A stretch of 64,000 bases of DNA from an uncultured Desulfurococcales archaeon (GTDB taxonomy: Archaea > Thermoproteota > Thermoprotei_A > EX4484-217-1), in assembly GCA_964406965.1 (NCBI GenBank), contig CAYOTT010000001.1, forward strand, positions 65,699 to 129,698, read 5' to 3'. The number at the start of each line of letters is the position of its first letter. Position 1 is the first letter of the stretch. The position numbers were made by a program, and so were the translations under genes. The notes below the pieces were generated by a model, which saw nothing but the letters and a program-made list of their open reading frames with translations, was not told the origin of the DNA and searched no databases. Below, one piece after another: positions 39,030 to 49,058 of the stretch.

Positions 39030-39278
39030 GTGATAATTCTTTTGAGTGTATTATGTCTTAACGATACAGTTGTTGTGACTTTTAAAGTAAGACGTGAACT
39101 TCTCGATAGACTTGATGAATTAGTAAAGAATGGATACTTTTCCAGTAGAAGTGAAGCAATAAGAACAGCAATAATAATGTTAATAAATAGTTATAGTAAA
39201 GGAGAAGGAAATGGGGAAAAACTTAGTAAAAGAAATTTAAAGGAGATTTTTGGTCCTAGACTTACTGTTTTAGGCTAA
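39030..39278 (+). CDS. Ribbon-helix-helix (CopG-like) protein; the true start is probably internal (GTG near 39075).
   Basis: VVVTFKVRRELLDRLDELVKNGYFSSRSEAIRTAIIMLI, paralogous to the product of 14519..14680. Confidence 0.5.
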   Translation: MIILLSVLCLNDTVVVTFKVRRELLDRLDELVKNGYFSSRSEAIRTAIIMLINSYSKGEGNGEKLSKRNLKEIFGPRLTVLG

Positions 39279-39471
39279 TAATTTTCCCTCTAAAGGCAAT
39301 TTTAATCCTACTTAAGCTTGGTCTCTCCAATTTTGCGTTACACTTCGGACACACTCCACTATACCAGTTCATAATTTCGCTAGGTGTAGGTAAACCATAG
39401 TAATCTTGACCTACACGTTCAAACCTATATAATTCAAAACCACAGTTTTTACAGACATATATTACAGGCAT
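39262..39471 (-). CDS. Zinc-ribbon protein.
   Basis: CKNC...CPKC within 69 aa. Confidence 0.45.
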   Translation of the reverse strand: MPVIYVCKNCGFELYRFERVGQDYYGLPTPSEIMNWYSGVCPKCNAKLERPSLSRIKIAFRGKIISLKQ

Positions 39472-39492
39472 TCTTAATACACACCTACATGG

Positions 39493-39504
39493 GTAATACC
39501 GACG
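39493..39504. repeat. Direct repeat GTAATACCGACG, copy 1.
   Basis: Exact 12-mer also present at 39629..39640 in the same divergent intergenic region. Confidence 0.5.
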
Positions 39505-39628
39505 TCAAGCAAAAATATGTAGAAAAAAGTATTTACCATCTACTCCTAAGTAATACCCAACAATTTCTTTAAATAATTATTTAAAAATATCAAGAAATTA
39601 TAGTCATAATTTTTAATCAAATATTTAA

Positions 39629-39640
39629 GTAATACCGACG
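39629..39640. repeat. Direct repeat GTAATACCGACG, copy 2.
   Basis: Exact 12-mer repeat of 39493..39504. Confidence 0.5.
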
Positions 39641-39744
39641 GTTAAAAATATATAATTGTTTTATTTGCTTAACTAGTGCATCGTATATGTAAAACGCTAA
39701 ACAGTAATGTAATTTAACTATGTCTTATATATTACATATCATTA

Positions 39745-40464
39745 GTGATCAAAATGGCTTATATTTCTAAGAAGGCGAAAATAGGGGAGAAAGTTGCCGT
39801 TGAAGGAAACGTTATAGTGCTAGGACGCTCCATTATTAAGGACAACACTATATTAGGCCTTGGAGTTATAGTGGGCTATCCTACTAAAGCTAAAATACTT
39901 AAAGTAATGAGTAATAAAGGGAATATAAGTTTTAAGACCTATGATGAAATAAGTTCTGGAGCAACAATAGGAGCAAACTGCATTATCAGGTCGAACAGCA
40001 TATTATATGAAAACACTTTCATAGACAACAATGTTGAAACAGGACACAATGTCTTAATAAGAGAAAATACAAGGATTGGTGAAAACACTAAAATAGGGAC
40101 TGGAACAATAATTGACGGCCACGTTTTAATAGGTAGAAATGTCAGTATTCAATCATCAGTTTATATTCCTCCTGAAACAATAGTTGGAAACAACGTATTC
40201 ATTGGGCCTCGGGTTATAATAACTAACGATAAGTATCCGCCAAGTAGACGTTTAGTAGGCGTTAAAATATGTGATGGAGCAGTAATAGGGGCAAATGCGA
40301 CATTAATTGCAGGAATAGAAGTAGGTGAAAAAGCAGTAGTAGCTGCAGGAGCCGTAGTTGCAAAAAACGTACCACCTCATACAGTAGTTGCTGGTGTACC
40401 AGCAAAAATTATAGGTACCTACGAAGACTATGTGAAAAAGAGAGAAAAGTATGAAAAAGAGTAA
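39745..40464 (+). CDS. Hexapeptide-repeat (left-handed beta-helix) acyl/acetyltransferase.
   Basis: Repeated [LIV]G.... hexapeptides throughout. Confidence 0.8.
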   Translation: MIKMAYISKKAKIGEKVAVEGNVIVLGRSIIKDNTILGLGVIVGYPTKAKILKVMSNKGNISFKTYDEISSGATIGANCIIRSNSILYENTFIDNNVETGHNVLIRENTRIGENTKIGTGTIIDGHVLIGRNVSIQSSVYIPPETIVGNNVFIGPRVIITNDKYPPSRRLVGVKICDGAVIGANATLIAGIEVGEKAVVAAGAVVAKNVPPHTVVAGVPAKIIGTYEDYVKKREKYEKE

Positions 40465-40470
40465 GAAACC

Positions 40471-42504
40471 ATGCTGAAAAAGCATTGGCCAAAAATAGCT
40501 AAAGTATTTTGGTGTCCGAACTGCAATATTCCACTCATCAGTAGTAAATGCTACAAATGTGGAGGTGAAGGTATAGAAGTTAAACTTAGAGAACCAGCAG
40601 ATGCAAGAATAGCCTTCCCAAGAGATATAGAAACAGTAAAGGAAGCGTTTAAAGAAAAATTTGGTACAGAGAAAGGTTTTGAAAAGATAGCTAATTCCTC
40701 AAAAATAATTTTACTAAATAAAACAACCCACATAGATGATGCTAAAGAAATGGTAATTAATGGCAATAACGTTGGAATTCTACTGTTTAATCCCTTCACT
40801 TCAAAGTGGGGGTTTAGACCATCATATTATGGCTCTCTCAAAATATTGGAAGAAAACGAAGTGGAAACAGTAGCTGTTAGAGGCAATATTAAAGAGAACG
40901 AAGTATTGCCCTTCAGAAAACAAAGCATAAATGAGAACCAGTATGTTATCATAACAAATCTTAATGGAGAACCATTAGGTTTAGGTGCTGTACTCCGAAA
41001 CGGAAAAATTCGGGTAATTAAGAAGTATAGACAGAAGTTTATTTATGAAACATCAGAAAAATCAGCAACAATAAATGAGGTAATTAAGGGAAACATTGAT
41101 AAATTAGAGAGACAAGTTGAAGAAGCAAAAACCTTTCTTAAAAAAATGAATTCAAAAGCAAGGACGCCTGTTGTTGTCTCGTTCTCAGGGGGTAAAGATA
41201 GTTTAGTATCACTTCACTTAGCACTAAATAGCGTTAGCGAAATAACGTTGCTTTTCAATAATACAGGTATAGAGCTTCCAGAAACTTTAGAGACGGTTTT
41301 AAAAGTTTCTGAAGAATACGGATTAAAGCTTGAAATAGCTGATGCGAAAAACGCTTTTTGGGAATCTGTGAATGTTTTTGGACCGCCAGCAAGAGACTAT
41401 AGATGGTGCTGTAAAGTTGCAAAACTTGTTCCTTTAGCTAAGAAAATGCTTAAAAAATGGCCCTCTGGCGCGTTAAACATTGTTGGTCAAAGAGCATACG
41501 AGTCCCTCGAAAGAGCTAAGAGTACTAGAATTTGGCGTAACAAATGGGTTCCCATGGTAATAAGTGTCTCACCTATACAGTATTGGAGCCAGCTTTCAAT
41601 ATGGCTTTACATATTTAAAGAGAAACTTACCAAACATGTTAACCCATTATACTTTAAAGGTTTTGAAAGAATAGGATGCTTCATGTGCCCCGCCAGTAGA
41701 TTAGCTGAATTTGAAGAGGTTAAGAAAGCCCATCCTAACTTATGGAACAAATGGGAGAATTTCCTTTATAAATGGGCTCAAAGAATAAATGCACCTAAGG
41801 AATGGGTAACGCTGGGCTTATGGAGATGGCTTGGACCTGCAGCACCTAAGAAAGTTCTCTCAAGAAAAACCCAGTTTAATGCTTACGATTGGATTAGCAC
41901 TTATGAAAAATGGGTAGATACAAAGATATATTCATTTGAAAAAGAAGAAAAAGAAGACTCCATCATCGCTAAGGTAAAGTTAAGCAAGAAAATAGACTTA
42001 GATAGAGTCTTAAGAATCCTCACTATTTTGGGAAAAATAGCTAAAAAACATGCTGATGAGGTAATAGTATATAGCGGTGAAACTAAAACCCACTACATTC
42101 TTAGAAGAAGTGGTGAAATACTTGTTAAAACACAAGCTGGCAAGAGATGGGTTGAGGAGTTTTTAGATGCAGTAAAGCTTGCCTATAGAGCACATTACTG
42201 TGTAGAATGTGGTTCTTGCGAAGCCCTTTGTCCCTCTGGAGCGATCAAAGTAATTAATGCGAAACCAATAGTCCAAGAGCTGCTATGCCTTAAATGTAAG
42301 GCATGTAATGATGTGTGCCCTATAGCTGATGTTATGGTGGAGAAGTTGGTTTCAGCTATAATCTTTAATAGATACGATGCATGGAGAAGAAAGACTAAAA
42401 GAAGTAGAGAATACACTGCAAAATTACTTGCAGAATTAATGTTCAAAACAAAGTTTTTCTCTAAACACTTAGCTCTTCCAGAATCTCCTTGTTCTAATAA
42501 ATAA
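40471..42504 (+). CDS. Multidomain protein: N-terminal Zn ribbon, PAPS-reductase-like PP-loop domain, and C-terminal 2x[4Fe-4S] ferredoxin domain.
   Basis: CPNC...CYKC; VVVSFSGGKDS, NNTGIELPET, RDYRWCCK, GQRAYESLER; CVECGSCEALCP and CLKCKACNDVCP. 6 bp downstream of the acyltransferase. Confidence 0.65.
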   Translation: MLKKHWPKIAKVFWCPNCNIPLISSKCYKCGGEGIEVKLREPADARIAFPRDIETVKEAFKEKFGTEKGFEKIANSSKIILLNKTTHIDDAKEMVINGNNVGILLFNPFTSKWGFRPSYYGSLKILEENEVETVAVRGNIKENEVLPFRKQSINENQYVIITNLNGEPLGLGAVLRNGKIRVIKKYRQKFIYETSEKSATINEVIKGNIDKLERQVEEAKTFLKKMNSKARTPVVVSFSGGKDSLVSLHLALNSVSEITLLFNNTGIELPETLETVLKVSEEYGLKLEIADAKNAFWESVNVFGPPARDYRWCCKVAKLVPLAKKMLKKWPSGALNIVGQRAYESLERAKSTRIWRNKWVPMVISVSPIQYWSQLSIWLYIFKEKLTKHVNPLYFKGFERIGCFMCPASRLAEFEEVKKAHPNLWNKWENFLYKWAQRINAPKEWVTLGLWRWLGPAAPKKVLSRKTQFNAYDWISTYEKWVDTKIYSFEKEEKEDSIIAKVKLSKKIDLDRVLRILTILGKIAKKHADEVIVYSGETKTHYILRRSGEILVKTQAGKRWVEEFLDAVKLAYRAHYCVECGSCEALCPSGAIKVINAKPIVQELLCLKCKACNDVCPIADVMVEKLVSAIIFNRYDAWRRKTKRSREYTAKLLAELMFKTKFFSKHLALPESPCSNK

Positions 42505-45303
42505 TGTTTCAGCTTCTATGAGCGCTTTATAGAATTCGCTTTCATTTTCGAAAAACTTTCCAACTATTCTTGCCGCAGTTTTGTATCCCACACCAAATGT
42601 TGATAGAGCAATTATGGCTGGCTTACCAAACCTCAACACAAGATCAGCCTTTAACTTTTCCTCTCTTAACATAGCTTTCTCAGCAAGACTAAGTTTAAGA
42701 TTTCTTAGCATCTTACGCACAATAACTTCTATATCCCTTGATCCTATAGATGTTGTTGTTAAAAAACCTGACCCGCAAATATTACACTTAGGATAGTTCG
42801 GAAGATCGGCGATCCTAACATTGTCCATAACATTACCGCACATCAAACATATAAGCCTAACCCGCTTTTCTACAGCCCTACGCTTAAATAACTCTATTAT
42901 TTCCATTAAGGGAGTGAGTTTTACTGAAACATCATAGTAAGAATAAGCTGTTAATGCTTGCATAGTTAACGGTGAATAGTTCTCTAAGTAAACAAATTTC
43001 ACTTTAACCTTGCCTTTTCTAATTGAGTCAATGAATTTGAAAATAGCATTTAAATCTATTTTATCAACAGCTATTTCATTAAATGCCTCATAACCTATAG
43101 GTGTATCAACATAGTATGCTAAAATGTTTGAAACTTTTTTTACACTAACATCTTTCCTTATAGCTCCAAACCTTTTTGCCACATTATACAAGCGCCATTT
43201 AAATACATTACTTCTCTTAATATTTTCTCTTAGTAAGTACTTTAAATCCTCAACATTAACACTAACTAGGTCGTTAATTACTTCCTCAAAATGCACTATT
43301 GAGTTGCTCATCAGAATTACCCTATATGGGTCGCTTTTGCTTACAACATTTACTCCTCGCTTTCTTAGAAAGTATGTAAGTAGCATCATTAAGCCAAAAT
43401 TTCCTTTACTACCTAGGTGCGAATTTACAATAATATTTTTGCCTCCAATAATTTCAACTATAACCTCTTTATCCGTAGGAATCCACCCCGTTTTAGAATA
43501 ATGTTCCTTAATTTGCTTTCCAATGGAATTTAGAAGAGATTGTGAAGTTGGATATTTTTTAAGGATTGCAAGTCCCTTCTCTATTATTCTACGCTTTAAA
43601 GCACCTACTTCCCTGGAAACTTTATAATCAACAGGTATAAGTTCACCCTCCCATTTAGGAAGGGCGCCCCAAGAATCTTCAGCAGGCTTAACATAAACGT
43701 ACTTTTCATCATAATCTAACGTCTCCCAAACCTTTCCTGAAAGTAAAAATTTAGCTCCTACATTAAGTGATGAAACCACAAAGTCTTCGTCAAGCTGTCC
43801 TATTATAGTATTATCTATAATATTTTTAACTAGAAAATGTCTCGCATCAGGTATCATCGAAACATCATAATAGTAAATCTTAGTTCTCTTAGTTTTTCTC
43901 AGCATTTTTCCATCGAAAGAAATAACACCTATTGTTGAAGCAAAACTTAACGTTTCAATAAGGGTAGCATAGCTTAACTTTCTATAGTAAAAAGACCTCC
44001 TCAATAACTTAAAGACTTCGTCTACGGAGACTTCTCCGTATTCAAGAAGTAACCCGGCAGTTTCATAAACTATAATGTCAAGTGGATTTTCATAAATGCT
44101 TTCACTTTCTAAATTCTTATCAATAACTCTTCTTGCCAGTACAAGAGATTCTAATGCATCATCTACGTTAGCTAAGGCTATAACATACCCTTTTGACTTC
44201 TCAGTTTCTCTATGGCCAGATCTACCTACTCTTTGTAAAAGCTTTATTGCCTGTCTTGGAGAACCGTATTGAATAACTAGATCTACTTCACCTACATCTA
44301 TACCTAATTCTAAAGATGATGTTGCTACCACGTACCTTATAATGCCCCGTTTAAATTCTGATTCAAGAGTTAATCTAACATTTCTTGACAAGCTACCATG
44401 GTGCACTCCTACACTAATATTAAATATTCTCTTTAATCTTGAGGATAAGAGCTCAGCTAAATCTCTCGTGTTAGTGAAAACTATACCTGATTTAGATTTT
44501 TCAAGGATCTCAACTATCCTTCTCAATCTAGCCATGGTGCTAGGCGAGATACCTTCACGTAAAGCAATTATTTCATCTTCACTTGTAGGCTGAGGAACTT
44601 CAACAATAATCTCATATGGCTTCTGATAATATACTTCAACAACTTCAACATATCTAGGTCCCCCTAAAAACCTTTTAGCTGCTTCAACATTTCCTATAAC
44701 CGCCGAAAGCCCTATTCTTTGAAATTCCCTTCCGCAGAGCCTAACAAGTCTTTCCAAAGCTACTGAAAGTATTACACCCCTCTTACTACTCATTAGCTCG
44801 TTTACTTCGTCAACAATAACCCACTTAATATTTTTAAGAACCTTTCTCATAATAGCGTGAACTAGAAGGTAATGAAGGGTTTCAGGAGTTGTTATTAGCA
44901 TATGTGGTGGATTTTCTGCTATCTTTCTTCTAAAATAGTAAGTTGTATCGCCATGTCTTACAGCTATATTTAAACCTATATCTTTAGCTATTTTCCCCAT
45001 TCTTACTAAAATATCTCTATTTAAAGCTCTAAGAGGTGTTATGTAAAGTGCTTGAATTCCACTTGTAAAATTCTTTTCAACAATTTTCGAGTATATGGGG
45101 AATAATGCTGCCTCGGTTTTTCCCGCCCCTGTTGGGGCTACGATTAACGTATTATAACCTTTAAGTATGAGTGGTATAGCTTTACTCTGAACTTTTGTAG
45201 GCTCTAAATACCCATATTTTTGAATAACACTTTTGAGTTTAGGGTTCAGCATGTTAAATACGTTCTTCTCATTTAAAGCGTACTTGTTTTTACTGCCAAG
45301 CAT
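42469..45303 (-). CDS. lhr: Lhr-like large ATP-dependent helicase (DEAD/DEAH box, superfamily 2).
   Basis: Motif I APTGAGKT, DEVNE, helicase C motifs (QRVGRSGHR); about 940 aa. Confidence 0.85.
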   Translation of the reverse strand: MLGSKNKYALNEKNVFNMLNPKLKSVIQKYGYLEPTKVQSKAIPLILKGYNTLIVAPTGAGKTEAALFPIYSKIVEKNFTSGIQALYITPLRALNRDILVRMGKIAKDIGLNIAVRHGDTTYYFRRKIAENPPHMLITTPETLHYLLVHAIMRKVLKNIKWVIVDEVNELMSSKRGVILSVALERLVRLCGREFQRIGLSAVIGNVEAAKRFLGGPRYVEVVEVYYQKPYEIIVEVPQPTSEDEIIALREGISPSTMARLRRIVEILEKSKSGIVFTNTRDLAELLSSRLKRIFNISVGVHHGSLSRNVRLTLESEFKRGIIRYVVATSSLELGIDVGEVDLVIQYGSPRQAIKLLQRVGRSGHRETEKSKGYVIALANVDDALESLVLARRVIDKNLESESIYENPLDIIVYETAGLLLEYGEVSVDEVFKLLRRSFYYRKLSYATLIETLSFASTIGVISFDGKMLRKTKRTKIYYYDVSMIPDARHFLVKNIIDNTIIGQLDEDFVVSSLNVGAKFLLSGKVWETLDYDEKYVYVKPAEDSWGALPKWEGELIPVDYKVSREVGALKRRIIEKGLAILKKYPTSQSLLNSIGKQIKEHYSKTGWIPTDKEVIVEIIGGKNIIVNSHLGSKGNFGLMMLLTYFLRKRGVNVVSKSDPYRVILMSNSIVHFEEVINDLVSVNVEDLKYLLRENIKRSNVFKWRLYNVAKRFGAIRKDVSVKKVSNILAYYVDTPIGYEAFNEIAVDKIDLNAIFKFIDSIRKGKVKVKFVYLENYSPLTMQALTAYSYYDVSVKLTPLMEIIELFKRRAVEKRVRLICLMCGNVMDNVRIADLPNYPKCNICGSGFLTTTSIGSRDIEVIVRKMLRNLKLSLAEKAMLREEKLKADLVLRFGKPAIIALSTFGVGYKTAARIVGKFFENESEFYKALIEAETLFIRTRRFWKS

Positions 45304-45389
45304 TATTTCACTTAACCTAAGTGTAAGTATTCCGGTTAAGCTTAAAAATTAAATATAACTTTTAAATTTAATCTAGGACATGGTAGAGT

Positions 45390-47204
45390 ATGCGTATTAA
45401 TAAAGTTATCTTAGTAGTAAACTTTGTTTTCATTGTAGCATTATTCTTATTGCTAGCTTTAATAAGTAATGTTGGTTCTTTAATTATAGTACCAATTCTT
45501 TATACGGTGCTAATAATATTCCAACTAATTACAGCTACACTTTTAGAATCTCCAATGCTGGCTTTTATAAACACCTTAGCGTTAACGTTTGGAATGAACA
45601 TTTTAAAGAGGTATGTACTCCTCATAGCGTTTTTAATGAGAAACGCATTACTCTATTATTTAGTTTTCTCAATAGACTCCTTCATAAGAAACCCTATAAC
45701 CTATCTAACTATATTTGCAACTTACATAACATTATATTATTCATGGACCTTCATAGTTAAGAAGGGAGATTCCCTCATAGAAAGTATCAAGAGAAGAAGT
45801 TTTAACATTGAAATAAAGCCTAAGAACGTACTTATAATAATGCTTCTTTCACTACTATTAATAATTTTAAGACCACTAACTTTACTTGACGAAATAATAT
45901 ATTTAACAGGAGTCTTAATTTCCTCATTATTCATACGTGAGCTAAGTCAAATAGCTATTTTATCACCTCTTCTCTCATGGATACTAATACCTTATACAAT
46001 ACATATCCCGCCAAGGGAGGTCTCGAGAGGAAAGAAGTTAGAAATCGTAAGGGAGGGTATTGTCTTAGGAAAACTTATAGCATCATTAACTTATGGTAAA
46101 CCTGTTAATGAATGGTTAAAGGACAGAGTATCAGCAACAAAATCGCCTTCATGGTATTGGCGAATAGAAGATGAAAAGTACGTTTTTAACCCATATGTGC
46201 AGGTTAATTACCATGTATTAATTGCGGGAACTAGCGGCACAGGCAAGTCTAGCTTAGCTAAAAAGCTAGTGAAAGAACTTTACCTTACATGGGGCATTCC
46301 TTCATTAATACTTGATCCTCATAATGAGTACGTGAATTTAATCAAACAACTAAATGGCGTAATTGTGGATGCTTCTAAAATATCAATTAATCCTCTAGAG
46401 CTTGATGGAGCATCACCGAGAGAGAGAACGGTTCAAGTAGCTGATACATTACAAAGAGTTTTTAAGCTAGGAAACCTTCAAAGAACTGTTCTTGAAGACT
46501 TAATTGAAGAAGCTTACGCGGAAAAGGGAATACTAATAGACGATGAAGAATCTTGGAATAATACTCCTCCGACCTTCCAAACATTACTTAGGGTTGTCGA
46601 GAAAAGAATAGAATATGCGAGAACTTCAGCTGAAAGAGCTAGATATGAAAGTTTAAAACCATATTTAAGAACTCTCTCCATCACCATATTTAGAAATACT
46701 ACAATAGAGTTTCAAAAACTCCTTGAAAAACCAAGTGTAATAGCTATGGCTAATTTGCCAGGAGAATACGTTAAATCTATTCTTGCTGAAACTGTTCTTA
46801 GAAAAATAGCTCATAAAATGTACGCTGCTGGTGAGAAGCAAAGACTTCTAAACTATATAGTAATAGATGAGGCGCATAGATTATGCAGGAGAGGAGTTGA
46901 ACCATCGCTTGTAGCAAAGCTAATGATGGAAAGTAGAAAATATGGTATAGGCTTCATAATTATAACTCAGCAACCATTAGACATTGACGAATCCATAGTT
47001 GCAAATGCAGCTACCAAAATATCTTTCAAACTCGCAGAACCGGAGAATTTAGATTATATAGCTAAAACGTTTGCAGGATTCGTTACTGATAATAGATATG
47101 ATATGGTGAGAAAGGCATTATACTATTTACCAATGTTTCATGCCATAATTAAAGATAGTGTAGTGAACGATCCTATCATAGTTAGAATAGATATTTCAAG
47201 TTAA
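45390..47204 (+). CDS. Membrane-anchored HerA/FtsK-superfamily (DUF87-like) ATPase.
   Basis: About 6 N-terminal TM helices; Walker A AGTSGTGKSS; Walker B VIDEAHRL; RKYGIGFIIITQQP. Confidence 0.65.
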   Translation: MRINKVILVVNFVFIVALFLLLALISNVGSLIIVPILYTVLIIFQLITATLLESPMLAFINTLALTFGMNILKRYVLLIAFLMRNALLYYLVFSIDSFIRNPITYLTIFATYITLYYSWTFIVKKGDSLIESIKRRSFNIEIKPKNVLIIMLLSLLLIILRPLTLLDEIIYLTGVLISSLFIRELSQIAILSPLLSWILIPYTIHIPPREVSRGKKLEIVREGIVLGKLIASLTYGKPVNEWLKDRVSATKSPSWYWRIEDEKYVFNPYVQVNYHVLIAGTSGTGKSSLAKKLVKELYLTWGIPSLILDPHNEYVNLIKQLNGVIVDASKISINPLELDGASPRERTVQVADTLQRVFKLGNLQRTVLEDLIEEAYAEKGILIDDEESWNNTPPTFQTLLRVVEKRIEYARTSAERARYESLKPYLRTLSITIFRNTTIEFQKLLEKPSVIAMANLPGEYVKSILAETVLRKIAHKMYAAGEKQRLLNYIVIDEAHRLCRRGVEPSLVAKLMMESRKYGIGFIIITQQPLDIDESIVANAATKISFKLAEPENLDYIAKTFAGFVTDNRYDMVRKALYYLPMFHAIIKDSVVNDPIIVRIDISS

Positions 47205-47278
47205 ACAAGGTTTTTAAATACCTCCACAAACTACTATTTCCTCGATCCTAACCTCGTTATTCACATTGGTGATTCCTT

Positions 47279-47509
47279 TTGTCTGAAGAGGGTGTTGTCG
47301 AAGAAAAAACCGAGGAAGCTCCAGTAAAAGAGGAGGAAATTGTCGAAGAAGAGGAATACAGCGAAGAACTTTCTGTGCAAGATTTAGAATTCTTTGTGGA
47401 AATAACGGAGCTTTGGGAGAAAATGCTTAGAGGAGAAGCAACGCTTCAAGATATAGCTAAGCTTGAGCGAAAGAAAATTAGAGTAAGGGCTAGAAAGAAG
47501 AGGAAATAG
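47279..47509 (+). CDS. Small highly acidic protein with a basic C-terminus.
   Basis: Glu-rich N-terminus and a KKRK tail; GTG/TTG start; weak. Confidence 0.3.
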   Translation: MSEEGVVEEKTEEAPVKEEEIVEEEEYSEELSVQDLEFFVEITELWEKMLRGEATLQDIAKLERKKIRVRARKKRK

Positions 47510-47520
47510 TAGCTTATTAG

Positions 47521-47913
47521 CTATAGTTCACTTTTAACAATGTTTACACTATAACCTAACTCCTCCAATACTTTCATAACATTTTCAAGGGAAATCGAAC
47601 GGTCAAAAATTAAACCTACTTTCTTTCTACCGTTTTCACCGATAAGAAGCTTCACTTTATCGAAGAGAATTGTTCCTTTAAGCATATCACTTGAGTCATG
47701 AGGTATTAAAATATAGTTTTTAAACTTTTTGCGAGCTATGTCATAAAATACATCAAAATTACGTATGATCCTAAGTACTTCTTTAATATCTTTATTCTTA
47801 CTTGGAAATCTTTTGGAAAGCATTCGTAAAAATTCTTCAGAATCCTCTAAGGGAATCTCAATGTATTTATAGTTTCCCAACATAACTTTTACCGTAATTT
47901 CCTTAGACATCAC
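47521..47913 (-). CDS. Hypothetical protein.
   Basis: ORF only. Confidence 0.35.
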   Translation of the reverse strand: MMSKEITVKVMLGNYKYIEIPLEDSEEFLRMLSKRFPSKNKDIKEVLRIIRNFDVFYDIARKKFKNYILIPHDSSDMLKGTILFDKVKLLIGENGRKKVGLIFDRSISLENVMKVLEELGYSVNIVKSEL

Positions 47914-48016
47914 ATCATACCTCCTAGTTCTGTTTAAAATTCCTTATAGATACTTTAGTTAAAAGTAACATTATAAAGTTTGGTTTGTAAATATTCTAGA
48001 GTGTGGTGTAGTAAAA

Positions 48017-48778
48017 ATGAGTTTTAGAGCACTCTATCCCTCAGCATCGAAATTTAAGTATATAGCCCAGACATTAGCTAAAATCGCCGATGAAATCCCG
48101 TTTACAGTAAATGAAAATGGCCTATTTGTTAAAACATTGAGTCCCGATAAAACAACTATGATATCATTAAATATTCCATCATTAGCTTTCGACGAATTCG
48201 AGTGCCCGGAGGAAACAACGTTTATCGTAAGTAGCGATGAATTCAATAGAACAGCTAGAAGAGGTTCAAGAAACGACATGGTTGAGCTCGTTCTTGAAAG
48301 GGAAAATAGGAGATTAAGGATGGCGTTTATTGATAAGAAACTTGGTTATAAAAGAACATTTTATGTTCAGCTTAAAGAGGGCATAATAGAGAAATTACCT
48401 GAACCTAAGCTGAAGCTTCCTGCAATAGTTAGAATGGTTAGTGATGATTTCAAAAACATAATTAAAGATGCAAAGATAGTAGGTGATGAAATAGAATTCG
48501 TAGCGACTTCTGATAAACTAGAAGCAAGGACAATAACTCCTCAAAAAGAATACTACAACATTATGAAGCCTGACAGACCGTTAATATCCTTAATGGTTGA
48601 AGAATCTGAAGTCAGATCCACTTATGGAATAGACTTATTGGAAATAACATTAAAGGCTATCGCAGCTTCTGAAACAGTAACTTTAGAATTCGGCTCATCA
48701 ATGCCTATGAAAGTGACCTTTGACGTTCCAGGTGGAGGGACTTTAGTTTACTGGGTGGCACCCAGAGCCCAAGCATGA
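48017..48778 (+). CDS. pcn: DNA polymerase sliding clamp (PCNA) subunit.
   Basis: About 250 aa; C-terminal GGGTLVYWVAP pattern and overall PCNA-like beta-rich composition. Confidence 0.7.
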   Translation: MSFRALYPSASKFKYIAQTLAKIADEIPFTVNENGLFVKTLSPDKTTMISLNIPSLAFDEFECPEETTFIVSSDEFNRTARRGSRNDMVELVLERENRRLRMAFIDKKLGYKRTFYVQLKEGIIEKLPEPKLKLPAIVRMVSDDFKNIIKDAKIVGDEIEFVATSDKLEARTITPQKEYYNIMKPDRPLISLMVEESEVRSTYGIDLLEITLKAIAASETVTLEFGSSMPMKVTFDVPGGGTLVYWVAPRAQA

Positions 48779-48782
48779 CTAC

Positions 48783-49034
48783 CTACTCTAATTTGCCCAA
48801 AAGCTCCTCAAGAACTTTCTGAATCTTTTCCTCTGCTACCTTCTTTTCCTTCACCTTAACTTCCTCTATACTTTTCACCCTAAGTTCAGAAAACCACACA
48901 GGTTTTGGACAACGGCTCCTTTCAGGACATATTAGACAACAAGAAGAACAAACCTGTCTCTCTGGATGAAGCCAACATGTTAATGTTGGTATATAATGCC
49001 CGCAGGTATAGCATCTTTCCCAATACATTGTCAT
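48783..49034 (-). CDS. Cys-rich zinc-binding protein.
   Basis: C..C...C....C..CC..C within the N-terminal 45 aa. Confidence 0.4.
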   Translation of the reverse strand: MTMYWERCYTCGHYIPTLTCWLHPERQVCSSCCLICPERSRCPKPVWFSELRVKSIEEVKVKEKKVAEEKIQKVLEELLGKLE

Positions 49035-49058
49035 GAATTATTTCCCCCAAACTGCTTA

